From: an uncultured virus (IMG/VR IMGVR_UViG_3300005826_000001)
Taxonomy: Duplodnaviria; Heunggongvirae; Uroviricota; Caudoviricetes
DNA: 20,000 nt
IMG/VR virus record: IMGVR_UViG_3300005826_000001
Coordinates: 58,232 to 78,231 of that record
Strand: one strand, 5' to 3'
Shown here: positions 1-8,127 of the stretch, piece after piece
How positions within the stretch are numbered: position 1 is the first letter of the stretch
How the letters are laid out: each line of letters starts with the position of its first letter
The notes under the pieces: generated by a model
Databases searched by the model: none
Told to the model about the DNA's origin: nothing
Seen by the model: the letters and a program-made list of their open reading frames with translations, nothing else
Program-made: the position numbers and the translations under genes

Positions 1-2
1 CT

Positions 3-347
3 CTGGAGCCCAAGATCAAGTCGGAGCCCGAGCCCGAGCCCGAGCCGGAGGATGATCCCGAGCCCGAGCCGGAGGATGATTCCGAGCCCGAGCCGGAGGA
101 TGATTCCGAGACGGAGCCCGAGCCGGCACCGCCTGCTCCCCAGCCAGCCAAAACCAAACCCAAGACCAAGCCGGAGCCTGTGTTGCCACCGGCATCACGA
201 GTGACGCCGAAGTCAGCGAGCGACTACAGCGAAGCTGAATTGAAGCGCATGAAAAAGGCGGAGCTGCAGAAAGTGGCGAAGGAATTGGGGTTGGATGACA
301 CTGGCACCGTGACTGAGCTCATATTGACCATATTGACCACCAAGTGA
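3..347 (+). CDS. 5'-truncated protein with a Glu/Pro/Asp low-complexity linker and a C-terminal SAP/HeH/Rho-N-like helical domain
   Basis: Not in the ORF track. Frame 3 is open from the window start to TGA 345-347 and reads LEPKIKSEPEPEPEPEDD...DYSEAELKRMKKAELQKVAKELGLDDTGTVTELILTILTTK*. The pattern L..MKK.EL...AKELGL...G...ELI..I matches helix-extension-helix motifs, which often follow phage capsid genes. Confidence 0.8.
   Translation: MEPKIKSEPEPEPEPEDDPEPEPEDDSEPEPEDDSETEPEPAPPAPQPAKTKPKTKPEPVLPPASRVTPKSASDYSEAELKRMKKAELQKVAKELGLDDTGTVTELILTILTTK
24..125 (+). repeat. Coding tandem repeat: GAGCCC/GAGCCG hexamers and 3 copies of the 24-bp unit GAGCCCGAGCCGGAGGATGATYCC (EPEPEDD[P/S])
   Basis: Units at 36-59, 60-83 and 84-107, read directly and in frame with CDS 3..347. 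Confidence 0.95.
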
Positions 348-381
348 TGGCTGCGGAATGACCTGAACTGGAGGGGCCTAA

Positions 382-714
382 ATGCCACTGGTGCAAGTAT
401 CTCAACACGCAAGCCCTTGCCAGGTCGATGACTTCGGCAAAGGGTGTGAGCGCTCTGTTCCAGGGGCGCTTCATTTCGTGCCTGGTTCCTTGAAGCAGTT
501 GACCGCCGATGAGCTGGCGCACATCCAAAAGAAGCACAAGAAGTTTGCGGCCAAGCTGGTGCTCGTGCCATTTGACGAGTCCAAAAAGCAGGTCGCCAAG
601 GTGAAGGCGCCGGAAGCTCCCGTGCGTGCCTCGGCCAAACCAACGGCTGCGCAACGTCGCGCCGCCACGGCGCAGCCCGAAGCACCGCCCGTTGACGGCG
701 AGAATCAGAGCTGA
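382..714 (+). CDS. Hypothetical protein (110 aa, basic Ala/Pro-rich C-terminal tail)
   Basis: ATG preceded by GGAGG (370-374). Fits the operon packing. Confidence 0.75.
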   Translation: MPLVQVSQHASPCQVDDFGKGCERSVPGALHFVPGSLKQLTADELAHIQKKHKKFAAKLVLVPFDESKKQVAKVKAPEAPVRASAKPTAAQRRAATAQPEAPPVDGENQS

Positions 715-767
715 TTGCTCTGCATGGCCATTATCCTTGCTTGGCTTAGGCCCAATGGGGAGGCTGT

Positions 768-1220
768 GTGCTCAAGGTCCACACGCGCGACGGGATCACC
801 GCAAGGATAGACTTGACGGATGAGGCGCAGGCGAAAGAATGGCTGCAACGCCTCAAAGATCCCGATTTCCAGCAGTCCATCACCGGCGTCACCATAGCGC
901 AGCGCCACACCAAGAAACATCGGTGTCCCAAGTGCCATAAGTCGGCACACATCGCGTGCGCAAAGTGCGGCCGGATAGACCAGAGCTCAAACTGCACCAC
1001 GGGCATCCAGTATTCCCTGACCAAGCCCGAGGGGTTTGAAAGGACATTCTTTCACTTGGAGGTGGTCGGCAGCGACCCTGATGCCAAAATCCGTGGAGGT
1101 GAAAAGATTGTGTGCTTTGCCGGGGAAGTGGCCGTGACAATCATGGTCCACCAGGCGCAGCCATCGATGCGGGCGACGTTATCCAAACCCGGTAGGCAGC
1201 GCTATAATCCATATGCTTGA
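768..1220 (+). CDS. Hypothetical protein with a Zn-ribbon (CPKC-x7-CAKC)
   Basis: GTG start after GGGAGG. Contains HRCPKCHKSAHIACAKC. Confidence 0.8.
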   Translation: MLKVHTRDGITARIDLTDEAQAKEWLQRLKDPDFQQSITGVTIAQRHTKKHRCPKCHKSAHIACAKCGRIDQSSNCTTGIQYSLTKPEGFERTFFHLEVVGSDPDAKIRGGEKIVCFAGEVAVTIMVHQAQPSMRATLSKPGRQRYNPYA

Positions 1221-1235
1221 TGCTCGGGAGATGGC

Positions 1236-2258
1236 ATGGGCACCTCATTACAACGTCTGGACTCGCTTGCGAAGCCAGACAGCTTTGACGACCAGAAGAC
1301 AGCTGCCCAGGTCGCTGCCTCGGAGGGTGCATCCGCTGATTATGCACAGTTCCAAGAAGCGTTGCTCAGCCAGCTCAAGCGAATCATCCACGGCGATCAA
1401 GCTGGCAACTGGTACGATGATCCAGCATCAATTCACGGCGCCGACGCTTCGCTGTATGGCCTGTTGGACGGGCTCACACAAGTCGATGAGAAGCCCATCC
1501 TCAGCTGGCGTTTCATCCTGGGTGATCTCGTGGTGCCGCCGGGGCAGAACTATGTGACCATCACCGCCGCCGGAGCGCTTCCGGTCGACTCCATCGCCAT
1601 CGCTGCCACGACGCTGGGCGCAGTCGCTGCACAGCTGTCCACCCCCGTCGGTGTTCATTCGCTGGATCAAATCTCGGGCGAAGTGACCATCCAACCCAAG
1701 AACCTTGTGGCTGTGTTCAACGGGGATACAGGCGAAGGGCTCTTCAGCGACGGCAAGCCGGTGTGGGGGTTGCTACAGGTCGGAGCCGCTGCGACAGACG
1801 GCAACGCCTTTGCGACGCACAGCAATGATCTTGGACAGATCAGCTTCATCCGATATGATTCAACATTCGACAGCTTTGAAGCGGCGGCGATCGCCGACGT
1901 TCAAGGCCGCACCATCGTCTATGCTTACAGCAGGAGGACAGAGCTAGGCTCCACCCCTGAAGAGGCATTCAGGACCGATGTCGGCGGAGGCTATGCACGG
2001 CCAGATTCAGGCACATTCCGGTTCAACGTAGCTCCGGCAGGAGTCCAGAACGGAGTGAACACAGTCTACACTGCGCCGGAGAATTTTGACGACAACACGA
2101 TACAGGTTCACGTCAATGGGATGCGAATGGCAAAGGGAGCGTCAAATGATTACACCACATCGGAGAGTGGCGGAGTGGGGACGGGATATGACACAGTGAC
2201 TCTCGTGTTCGCTCCTATCGCAGAGGATCAATTATTATTTGACTACGCTGTAGCCTGA
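1236..2258 (+). CDS. Putative virion structural protein A (340 aa), paralog of 2285..4207
   Basis: GGAG upstream. Acidic and Gly/Ala/Thr-rich. Shares SQL.RI......GNWYDD and a ~120-aa core with the next gene, and has a C-terminal G..NG.N...T.P...V.VNG...AP...D.L...Y module. Confidence 0.8.
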   Translation: MGTSLQRLDSLAKPDSFDDQKTAAQVAASEGASADYAQFQEALLSQLKRIIHGDQAGNWYDDPASIHGADASLYGLLDGLTQVDEKPILSWRFILGDLVVPPGQNYVTITAAGALPVDSIAIAATTLGAVAAQLSTPVGVHSLDQISGEVTIQPKNLVAVFNGDTGEGLFSDGKPVWGLLQVGAAATDGNAFATHSNDLGQISFIRYDSTFDSFEAAAIADVQGRTIVYAYSRRTELGSTPEEAFRTDVGGGYARPDSGTFRFNVAPAGVQNGVNTVYTAPENFDDNTIQVHVNGMRMAKGASNDYTTSESGGVGTGYDTVTLVFAPIAEDQLLFDYAVA

Positions 2259-2284
2259 TCGGCGCCAACGGAAAGGTAGACACC

Positions 2285-4207
2285 ATGGGCCGCACATACG
2301 CTCGCCAGGATGAACAGATCCGTCGCAGCATCACCTACACCGACAATATCGCCGCCGGGGCCACGATGGAGTCGGCAGCGGTCAATCTGCAAAACGACAT
2401 GAACAATATCCGGTCTCAGCTGAACCGGATCTTGAAAGCAGCAGGCGGCGGGAATTGGTATGACGATGTCGCCACGGTGAACACCAAGAAGCGTGGCCTC
2501 ACGGAACTGAACACGGACCTCGATGATCTTGAAGAGCATCGGATCCTGTGTGGTGTTCAGAAGCTGGAATCCATCACAGTCCCTGCCGCAGTCTATGCCA
2601 CAGGCTCGATCACGACCATCGCAGACTCGCTCCTTGTCGACGGTGAGAGCTTCACCATCGATGACGGAGTCAATCCGGCGGTGACTTTTGAGTTTGATAA
2701 CAACAGCTCTGTGGTCGAGACCAACACGCTGCGCCAGGTCGTGATCACCGGGAGCTTGACCGCCGACGATGTGCGCGACGCCATCATCACCGCCATCGGC
2801 AACGCTCCGGCGTTGTATGTTACGGCAAGCAACGGCGGAGCGGCGACGGTCACATTGACCGCCGATCGCGCCGGGACACACGCCAACAACGCCGTCACAG
2901 AGACTGTGACCAATGTGGGGTTCAGCGTATCAGGCCTCAGCGGTGGAGCCGGGGATGTCGTGGTGCTAAGTGCCACGGCGTCTGAGACTCCGAGCGACGT
3001 TGCGGCGGTGGACGCGGGCAACGCGCTGGGTGCTATCGTGGCAGTGCTCAGCGGCGACGTTGGCGCTTGGGACTCAGCCTTGGTCGCTGGATCATCGGCT
3101 ATCGCGCCGAAGTCATCGGTCATGATCCGAGACCAAAGCACACATGACGGCCTCACCAGTGACGGGCGCCAGATTGTTGGTCTGTTCCAGGCTGAAAGCG
3201 GAGTCGCCAACGGCGACACCTTCAATGACACAGACAAGCAGTGCCAGATCAGCTTCTATCGCATCACCGACGCCGACACCATCGAGCCTTGCCCGGGGCA
3301 GGACATCGGCGGGAAGCAGATTGAATACATCTACGCCAAGCGGGTGACCCTCGACACCATCCCAGAGGATTGTGGGTTTCCGTTTGTCGCTTTCACCGAT
3401 GAGCGGGCATCGGTCACCGTCACGCTTCAGACGGCTATAGACAATCAAGGAGCCACACCTGTAGTACAGACCACAGACATCTTTGTGGATTTGGCGGCCA
3501 ATTCCGATTGGTTGTTCAGGGATGCCAACTCCGATCCGCTCCTCAGCGTCGTGGAGGGCTCCGCCGGAGGGACCTCGCAGGTCCAAATCAACACCGACGT
3601 CGACACCTTCAACGTGGACGCGGCGGAGAATGACTTTGCCCAAGGCATCAAGGCAAACACCTCGGGCCAAGAGATCGACATCGGAGTCACAGCGGGCACC
3701 ATCGAGTCCACCGGGGCAAATGACCTCCGGCTGTTTGGCGCCGGGGAGATGCTGCTGGACGACAGCAACCAGGTGGGTTCAACGTGGGCGCAGACCACAG
3801 GCATCAAGCTGTCAGAAACCCAAGCTGAGTGGGATGACTTCAAGACGGAGTTTGGCGAGGTTTCCCTGCTCAATGCCATTGCGCAAGCCAAGAATGTTGG
3901 TGGATTGACGCACACCAAGAAGGTCGCAGTGGTGACTGCCTCATCCATCTCGGCGGACACCGACGTTGGTGGGCCAGCCAGCGCAAACAACGTGGACCTC
4001 GACTTCGCCGACATGTCTGCGGTCACCTTTGTCAACGATGTCGACATCTATCTCAACGGCATCCTACTCCGCTGTGGCGCCGACGCCGCTGCCAACCATG
4101 ACGTGTATCCGGGCAGCACAGGGACGCAGCTCAAGTTTGAATTCGGGTTACAGGGGAGCCCGGGCAATCCAGACGTGATCACCCAGGTGGTGTGGGCTGG
4201 CGTCTGA
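2285..4207 (+). CDS. Putative virion structural protein B (640 aa), fibre/decoration-like
   Basis: AAGG upstream. Long, acidic and beta-rich. Paralog of 1236..2258 with an inserted ATG...SGG domain and a longer C-terminal region. Confidence 0.85.
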   Translation: MGRTYARQDEQIRRSITYTDNIAAGATMESAAVNLQNDMNNIRSQLNRILKAAGGGNWYDDVATVNTKKRGLTELNTDLDDLEEHRILCGVQKLESITVPAAVYATGSITTIADSLLVDGESFTIDDGVNPAVTFEFDNNSSVVETNTLRQVVITGSLTADDVRDAIITAIGNAPALYVTASNGGAATVTLTADRAGTHANNAVTETVTNVGFSVSGLSGGAGDVVVLSATASETPSDVAAVDAGNALGAIVAVLSGDVGAWDSALVAGSSAIAPKSSVMIRDQSTHDGLTSDGRQIVGLFQAESGVANGDTFNDTDKQCQISFYRITDADTIEPCPGQDIGGKQIEYIYAKRVTLDTIPEDCGFPFVAFTDERASVTVTLQTAIDNQGATPVVQTTDIFVDLAANSDWLFRDANSDPLLSVVEGSAGGTSQVQINTDVDTFNVDAAENDFAQGIKANTSGQEIDIGVTAGTIESTGANDLRLFGAGEMLLDDSNQVGSTWAQTTGIKLSETQAEWDDFKTEFGEVSLLNAIAQAKNVGGLTHTKKVAVVTASSISADTDVGGPASANNVDLDFADMSAVTFVNDVDIYLNGILLRCGADAAANHDVYPGSTGTQLKFEFGLQGSPGNPDVITQVVWAGV

Positions 4208-4219
4208 TAGGACTGTTGG

Positions 4220-4756
4220 ATGAATTTGGACAAGGCGGAGTTGAAGATGGCGCTTGCCCAATCATGGGGCAAGCATCTTCAGGAGATGGACGCGGAGGTG
4301 CGCCGGGATGTTGCGCGGCTCGATGGCGGCGTGGAGGCATTGAAGAAGGTCGCCGATGTGATGAACAAGAGCCATCGGGAGTATTACCAGAAGCAGGTGG
4401 AGTCTGGTCAGATCTCGATGGCTGATTGCGAGCTGGCGATGAAGGTGATTGACCGGTGCATCGGCTCGCTCCAGAGCCTGATCGACACCGCGCACACCAA
4501 CCACCTGATCAAGCGGGGTGAGCTGATGGCCACCCAGCGGATATCGGATCACGTCCAAAAGCAGTACCAGGCGACGCGCCAGAGCGTGGAGGCTGTAGCG
4601 GCGGCGATGGAGCAGGGGGAGATTGACGCCCGAGGGCGCCCACAAATCAGCGCCGCTGCCGATATAGCAGCGCGCCGGGAGCAGGCCAAGGGACTATCCA
4701 CGCCAACGCCGAAAACACCGGAGCCGGGCACCTCGCTGGCGAGAAAGGGTGTCTGA
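4220..4756 (+). CDS. Hypothetical alpha-helical/coiled-coil protein (178 aa)
   Basis: ATG 12 nt after the previous stop with AGGA upstream. Rich in E/K/Q/A/L. Its TGA overlaps the next ATG. Confidence 0.8.
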   Translation: MNLDKAELKMALAQSWGKHLQEMDAEVRRDVARLDGGVEALKKVADVMNKSHREYYQKQVESGQISMADCELAMKVIDRCIGSLQSLIDTAHTNHLIKRGELMATQRISDHVQKQYQATRQSVEAVAAAMEQGEIDARGRPQISAAADIAARREQAKGLSTPTPKTPEPGTSLARKGV

Positions 4757-5244
4757 TGCCCAGGACTCCTGACAGGTTTCCGGGGACGCGTGAAGAGACA
4801 GAGGTGTTGCTGTCTACTCAGGCGAGCGACCCTGCCGATGAAGGGGCGACGCGCTATGTCACCCCCGGCAACTTCCGGCTGAAGGATCAATTGGGCGTGT
4901 TCAACCCTCGGGAAGTCGATGAGAGCTTCCACGAGGCGCTGCGGGCATTGATCCACTTCATTGACGAGGGGCCAGCATGTAGCTTCGCGTCGGGCGCGTA
5001 CAAGGAGACCTTGCCCGCCGGGGATGCCTTTCCGACCAGTATCATATGGTGGGAATCCGCTTCAAAGACGCAGAAAATTGTGGAGAAGACCATCACACGT
5101 ACAGGAACGGGGACCAACGTCAAGCCCACACCAATCGTGTGGAAGATGTATGACACCGACGGCACGACGGTTCTTTGCACCGTCACCGACGTGATCGTGT
5201 ACACGGGTGTGTTCGAGACATCCCGGACAAGGACAATCGCATAA
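4756..5244 (+). CDS. Hypothetical, probably structural, protein (162 aa, Thr-rich beta C-terminus)
   Basis: TGATG coupling at the 5' end and TAATG coupling at the 3' end. Confidence 0.8.
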   Translation: MPRTPDRFPGTREETEVLLSTQASDPADEGATRYVTPGNFRLKDQLGVFNPREVDESFHEALRALIHFIDEGPACSFASGAYKETLPAGDAFPTSIIWWESASKTQKIVEKTITRTGTGTNVKPTPIVWKMYDTDGTTVLCTVTDVIVYTGVFETSRTRTIA

Positions 5245-6485
5245 TGGCCGGTGAATCTCCAGCAGCAGTGCTTCACGACTCCACCGGGCAAGAGCGTGGT
5301 CACGAGCCACAAAACCCGGTCTTTGTGCAAGATGCATCGGAGGCATCTGCATTCGAGTGGGAGCGACAGACAGTCATCGAAGCGGATCAACCAGCCGTCG
5401 TGGAGTCGGGCAACTCCGAGCCGTACAACATCGGCGGGACCACACTGACCATCGCCATCAACGGGACCTCGGACCCACAGGCATTCCCCACGAGGGCGGC
5501 GACGGCGGGGATCTTTGTCTCAGGGCAGTATCCATCCCTCAACGGCGGCACAGAGAAAATCAAGATCAGCATCGATGGAGGGGTTGAAGAAGAGATCAAG
5601 ATCGGCAAAAATCTGACATCATACACAGCCATAGCTTCCGCCATCCAGACGCAAATCCAAGCTATCGTTCCCAACGGGACCGGCGTGACGTGCCAATGGA
5701 ACACAGCTGCGTATCCGCAACGGTTCTTGATCACGTCAGCGACTACAGGCGCCACCTCCGCTGTGACGGCGCGTAAGGGTGGCGATGACTGCGCGCTGTT
5801 CTTGAAATTGGACCCCACGGTCGGTGGTTTCGCTGTAAACGGGTTGGCTGCCAACAACTATTATGCATCGGAAGTCCCCGGGCTCGTGGACATTGCCGGT
5901 GCTGATGTGTTTGTGGTTGACGACACCGATTTGCGCATCGAAACAGTTGAATTCGGGGCCACCAAGTCAATCCAGGTCACAGCCGGAGGGGCCAACGCGG
6001 CTTTTGGCTTCCCTACCGCGATCACCTATGGGCAAACATCAGCCGGTGCCACCAACATGAATGTGGACGGCTCAACGACGCCGAAGCGCTTTGAGCTCAG
6101 GGCTGGAGCTAAGACTTTTGTCGCCGACAAGATGATCATCTTTGTGCGTGACGACAACGCGGCTGTGCTGAAGAATTTTGGCGGATTGGCGCAGCTGACC
6201 AACGGGGTGCTCGTGGAAGTCCGTTCACAGGATGGAGATCTTCATGAGTTCTTCACGGCACAGACCAATTCGGACTTGATTGCTTGGTGCGATGACGGCC
6301 AAGCGATCGATGATGCCTATGACGCCGGAGGCAAGGATCTCGTGGTGGCGACATTCTACCTGAAGCCCCGTCTCACCTTGCGCGGAGGGTCCAACGACGC
6401 CATCCGCTTCACCATCCAGGACAATCTGACCGGCTTGAATGAGATGAAGGCATATCTCTTTGGCCGAGTCTATGAGGTGACCTGA
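5244..6485 (+). CDS. Putative virion structural protein (413 aa) with nested sheath-insert/flagellin-like domains
   Basis: Start moved from 5175 to the ATG at 5244, which overlaps the previous TAA. Motifs LTIAING / IKISIDGG, RFLITSATTGATSAV, and a C-terminal MNVDGS...FGGL..LTNG domain. Confidence 0.8.
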   Translation: MAGESPAAVLHDSTGQERGHEPQNPVFVQDASEASAFEWERQTVIEADQPAVVESGNSEPYNIGGTTLTIAINGTSDPQAFPTRAATAGIFVSGQYPSLNGGTEKIKISIDGGVEEEIKIGKNLTSYTAIASAIQTQIQAIVPNGTGVTCQWNTAAYPQRFLITSATTGATSAVTARKGGDDCALFLKLDPTVGGFAVNGLAANNYYASEVPGLVDIAGADVFVVDDTDLRIETVEFGATKSIQVTAGGANAAFGFPTAITYGQTSAGATNMNVDGSTTPKRFELRAGAKTFVADKMIIFVRDDNAAVLKNFGGLAQLTNGVLVEVRSQDGDLHEFFTAQTNSDLIAWCDDGQAIDDAYDAGGKDLVVATFYLKPRLTLRGGSNDAIRFTIQDNLTGLNEMKAYLFGRVYEVT

Positions 6486-7222
6486 TGCCACGCGGAGTCA
6501 TCGAATCACCACCGGCAAAGACCCTTGAAGGGGTCGCATATCTGGTGGCCAACATGTTTCCACCCGGCGTGCTTGCGCAGTACGTGGGGATTGGTGACGA
6601 TGTCGCCAACGGGGTGAGATACGACGGGGACCGCTTCCACATCGAGTCCTTGGCCGTGGAACAACTCACCTTGGAATGGCAATACATGGACACCGTCTGG
6701 ATGGCCGGAGGGCAAATCACCTCCGCCGGCCAAAAACCAACCGATTGGGTGTCCATGGAAACCTTCGCGCCGGCAACGGCGGGCACGAGCAACCCCGGAG
6801 CCGGTGCCTACAACAAGGTCGCCATCGGCGGAGGGTTGAGCATCTTTGTCCCAGCACCGGCAGTGGACGGGGATTGGGACCTGAACCTCGCAGAGACGCT
6901 AAACGCCAACGTCAGCTTCCCCAAGGTCACGCCCGTCCCAGCCGCCGGAGGCAACAGCGGTTGGTTCGACTATGACTATGACGAACACGTTTGCTCGTTG
7001 AACGCGGCACAGGAGGGGGGCTACAACCTCATCGACGGGGTGGTGACGCTCGGGAGACAGGTGGTCATCACCCCGCTGTGTCACCTGGCGCTGACTGTGC
7101 CCGAGATCGTTGCCAAGCCAATGTTCCCGCAGTGGAAGTACAAGGTCACGGTCGATCACGGCTCGACTGAACAGCTGGACGTTTGTTGGGTGATGTTCAT
7201 CGGGCGGAGGAATATCACCTGA
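6485..7222 (+). CDS. Hypothetical protein (245 aa, beta-rich)
   Basis: TGATG coupling at both ends, with GAGG upstream. Confidence 0.8.
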   Translation: MPRGVIESPPAKTLEGVAYLVANMFPPGVLAQYVGIGDDVANGVRYDGDRFHIESLAVEQLTLEWQYMDTVWMAGGQITSAGQKPTDWVSMETFAPATAGTSNPGAGAYNKVAIGGGLSIFVPAPAVDGDWDLNLAETLNANVSFPKVTPVPAAGGNSGWFDYDYDEHVCSLNAAQEGGYNLIDGVVTLGRQVVITPLCHLALTVPEIVAKPMFPQWKYKVTVDHGSTEQLDVCWVMFIGRRNIT

Positions 7223-7452
7223 TGGTCAAACGAGTCCGAGAAATCAGCGGCGACGCTCCTGATGTGAAGTATCAGAGCAAGAAGGTTGATGTTGTCTACA
7301 TCGAGGCAGACAGTCTCCAGGATATGTGGGAGGAAATATTTGCCCAAGCATCTGGCCAAAACATCGAGCTGGTGGACAGCTACCTGCTCACTGGCCACAT
7401 GGGCAATCGCTTCCACGCAGCCGTTTTGATCGACACCAAGGGAGGTTCATGA
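7222..7452 (+). CDS. Hypothetical small protein (76 aa)
   Basis: ATG at 7222 overlaps the previous TGA, with GGAGG upstream. Start revised from 7183. Confidence 0.75.
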   Translation: MVKRVREISGDAPDVKYQSKKVDVVYIEADSLQDMWEEIFAQASGQNIELVDSYLLTGHMGNRFHAAVLIDTKGGS

Positions 7453-7808
7453 CCAAGCGCAACATCACCAAGTGGCTTATGGTCAGCGCGGCGTTGGTGC
7501 TCATCGCGTGGGATGTTGTCGTGGCCACGACACCGCCGAAGGGCGACACCATGTCCGAGGTGTTGCTTGGGTGGGCGTGGCAATGGTCCATTCTCCCGTT
7601 TGGTTGGGGTGTGATTGCCGGCCATCTGTTTTGGACGGTTGACCGGGTTGTGTACAAGTGGGAGCGCATCGCTATCTTGTGGGGGATCTTGATCGCAATC
7701 CTGCTGTTGGATGTGGCCATCCCGGTGATCGTGATGCCAGCTTGGCCATTGGTCGGTGGATTCATCGCCGGGCGTGTGTTTTGGCCTCAATCTACACCGC
7801 AGGTATGA
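7449..7808 (+). CDS. Small multi-pass membrane protein (119 aa), possibly holin-like
   Basis: GGAGG at 7441-7445 and an ATGA overlap. Basic N-terminus MTKR followed by 3-4 hydrophobic, Trp-rich segments. Start revised from 7326. Confidence 0.75.
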   Translation: MTKRNITKWLMVSAALVLIAWDVVVATTPPKGDTMSEVLLGWAWQWSILPFGWGVIAGHLFWTVDRVVYKWERIAILWGILIAILLLDVAIPVIVMPAWPLVGGFIAGRVFWPQSTPQV

Positions 7809-7830
7809 TAACACCAGCAGGAGGGGTGCC

Positions 7831-8127
7831 GTGGCACGCGAGTCCAACATATTTGTGCTGGCTGGAGTCACCGACGGAGCCAACCGCGTCTTCACGGCTC
7901 CGTCGGCGTTCTACATCCCTTCATTCCGGCTGATTTGGAACGGCCAGGTGTACGAGCCCGATGACGTCCGTCACGGTTGGTCGCCGTTGGACACGCTGAA
8001 CATCGAGACTTTCGTTGCGCCGAGGGCGGGAGATGTGCTCCAGGCGTTCTACAAGGAGCTGACAGCAGGCGGCGGGGATGAAATCGTCATCGGCTCGCCA
8101 TTCCACCCAACAGATTTGTATCCATGA
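7831..8127 (+). CDS. Stand-alone small beta module protein (98 aa), related to the C-terminus of 1236..2258
   Basis: GTG at 7831 after AGGAGG. LAGVTDGANRVFTAP...LIWNG...APRAGDVLQAFY aligns with PAGVQNGVNTVYTAP...VHVNG...APIAEDQLLFDY. Confidence 0.75.
   Translation: MARESNIFVLAGVTDGANRVFTAPSAFYIPSFRLIWNGQVYEPDDVRHGWSPLDTLNIETFVAPRAGDVLQAFYKELTAGGGDEIVIGSPFHPTDLYP

Noticed and set aside
24..125. Repeats as a CRISPR array or iteron
   Set aside because: There are no spacers. The units are multiples of 3 and encode an in-frame EPEPEDD linker.
1236..4207. Paralogous segments as a diversity-generating retroelement TR/VR pair or invertible cassette
   Set aside because: Similarity is evident only at the protein level, with no near-identical DNA repeat differing at adenines. 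No reverse transcriptase or recombinase is present in the window.
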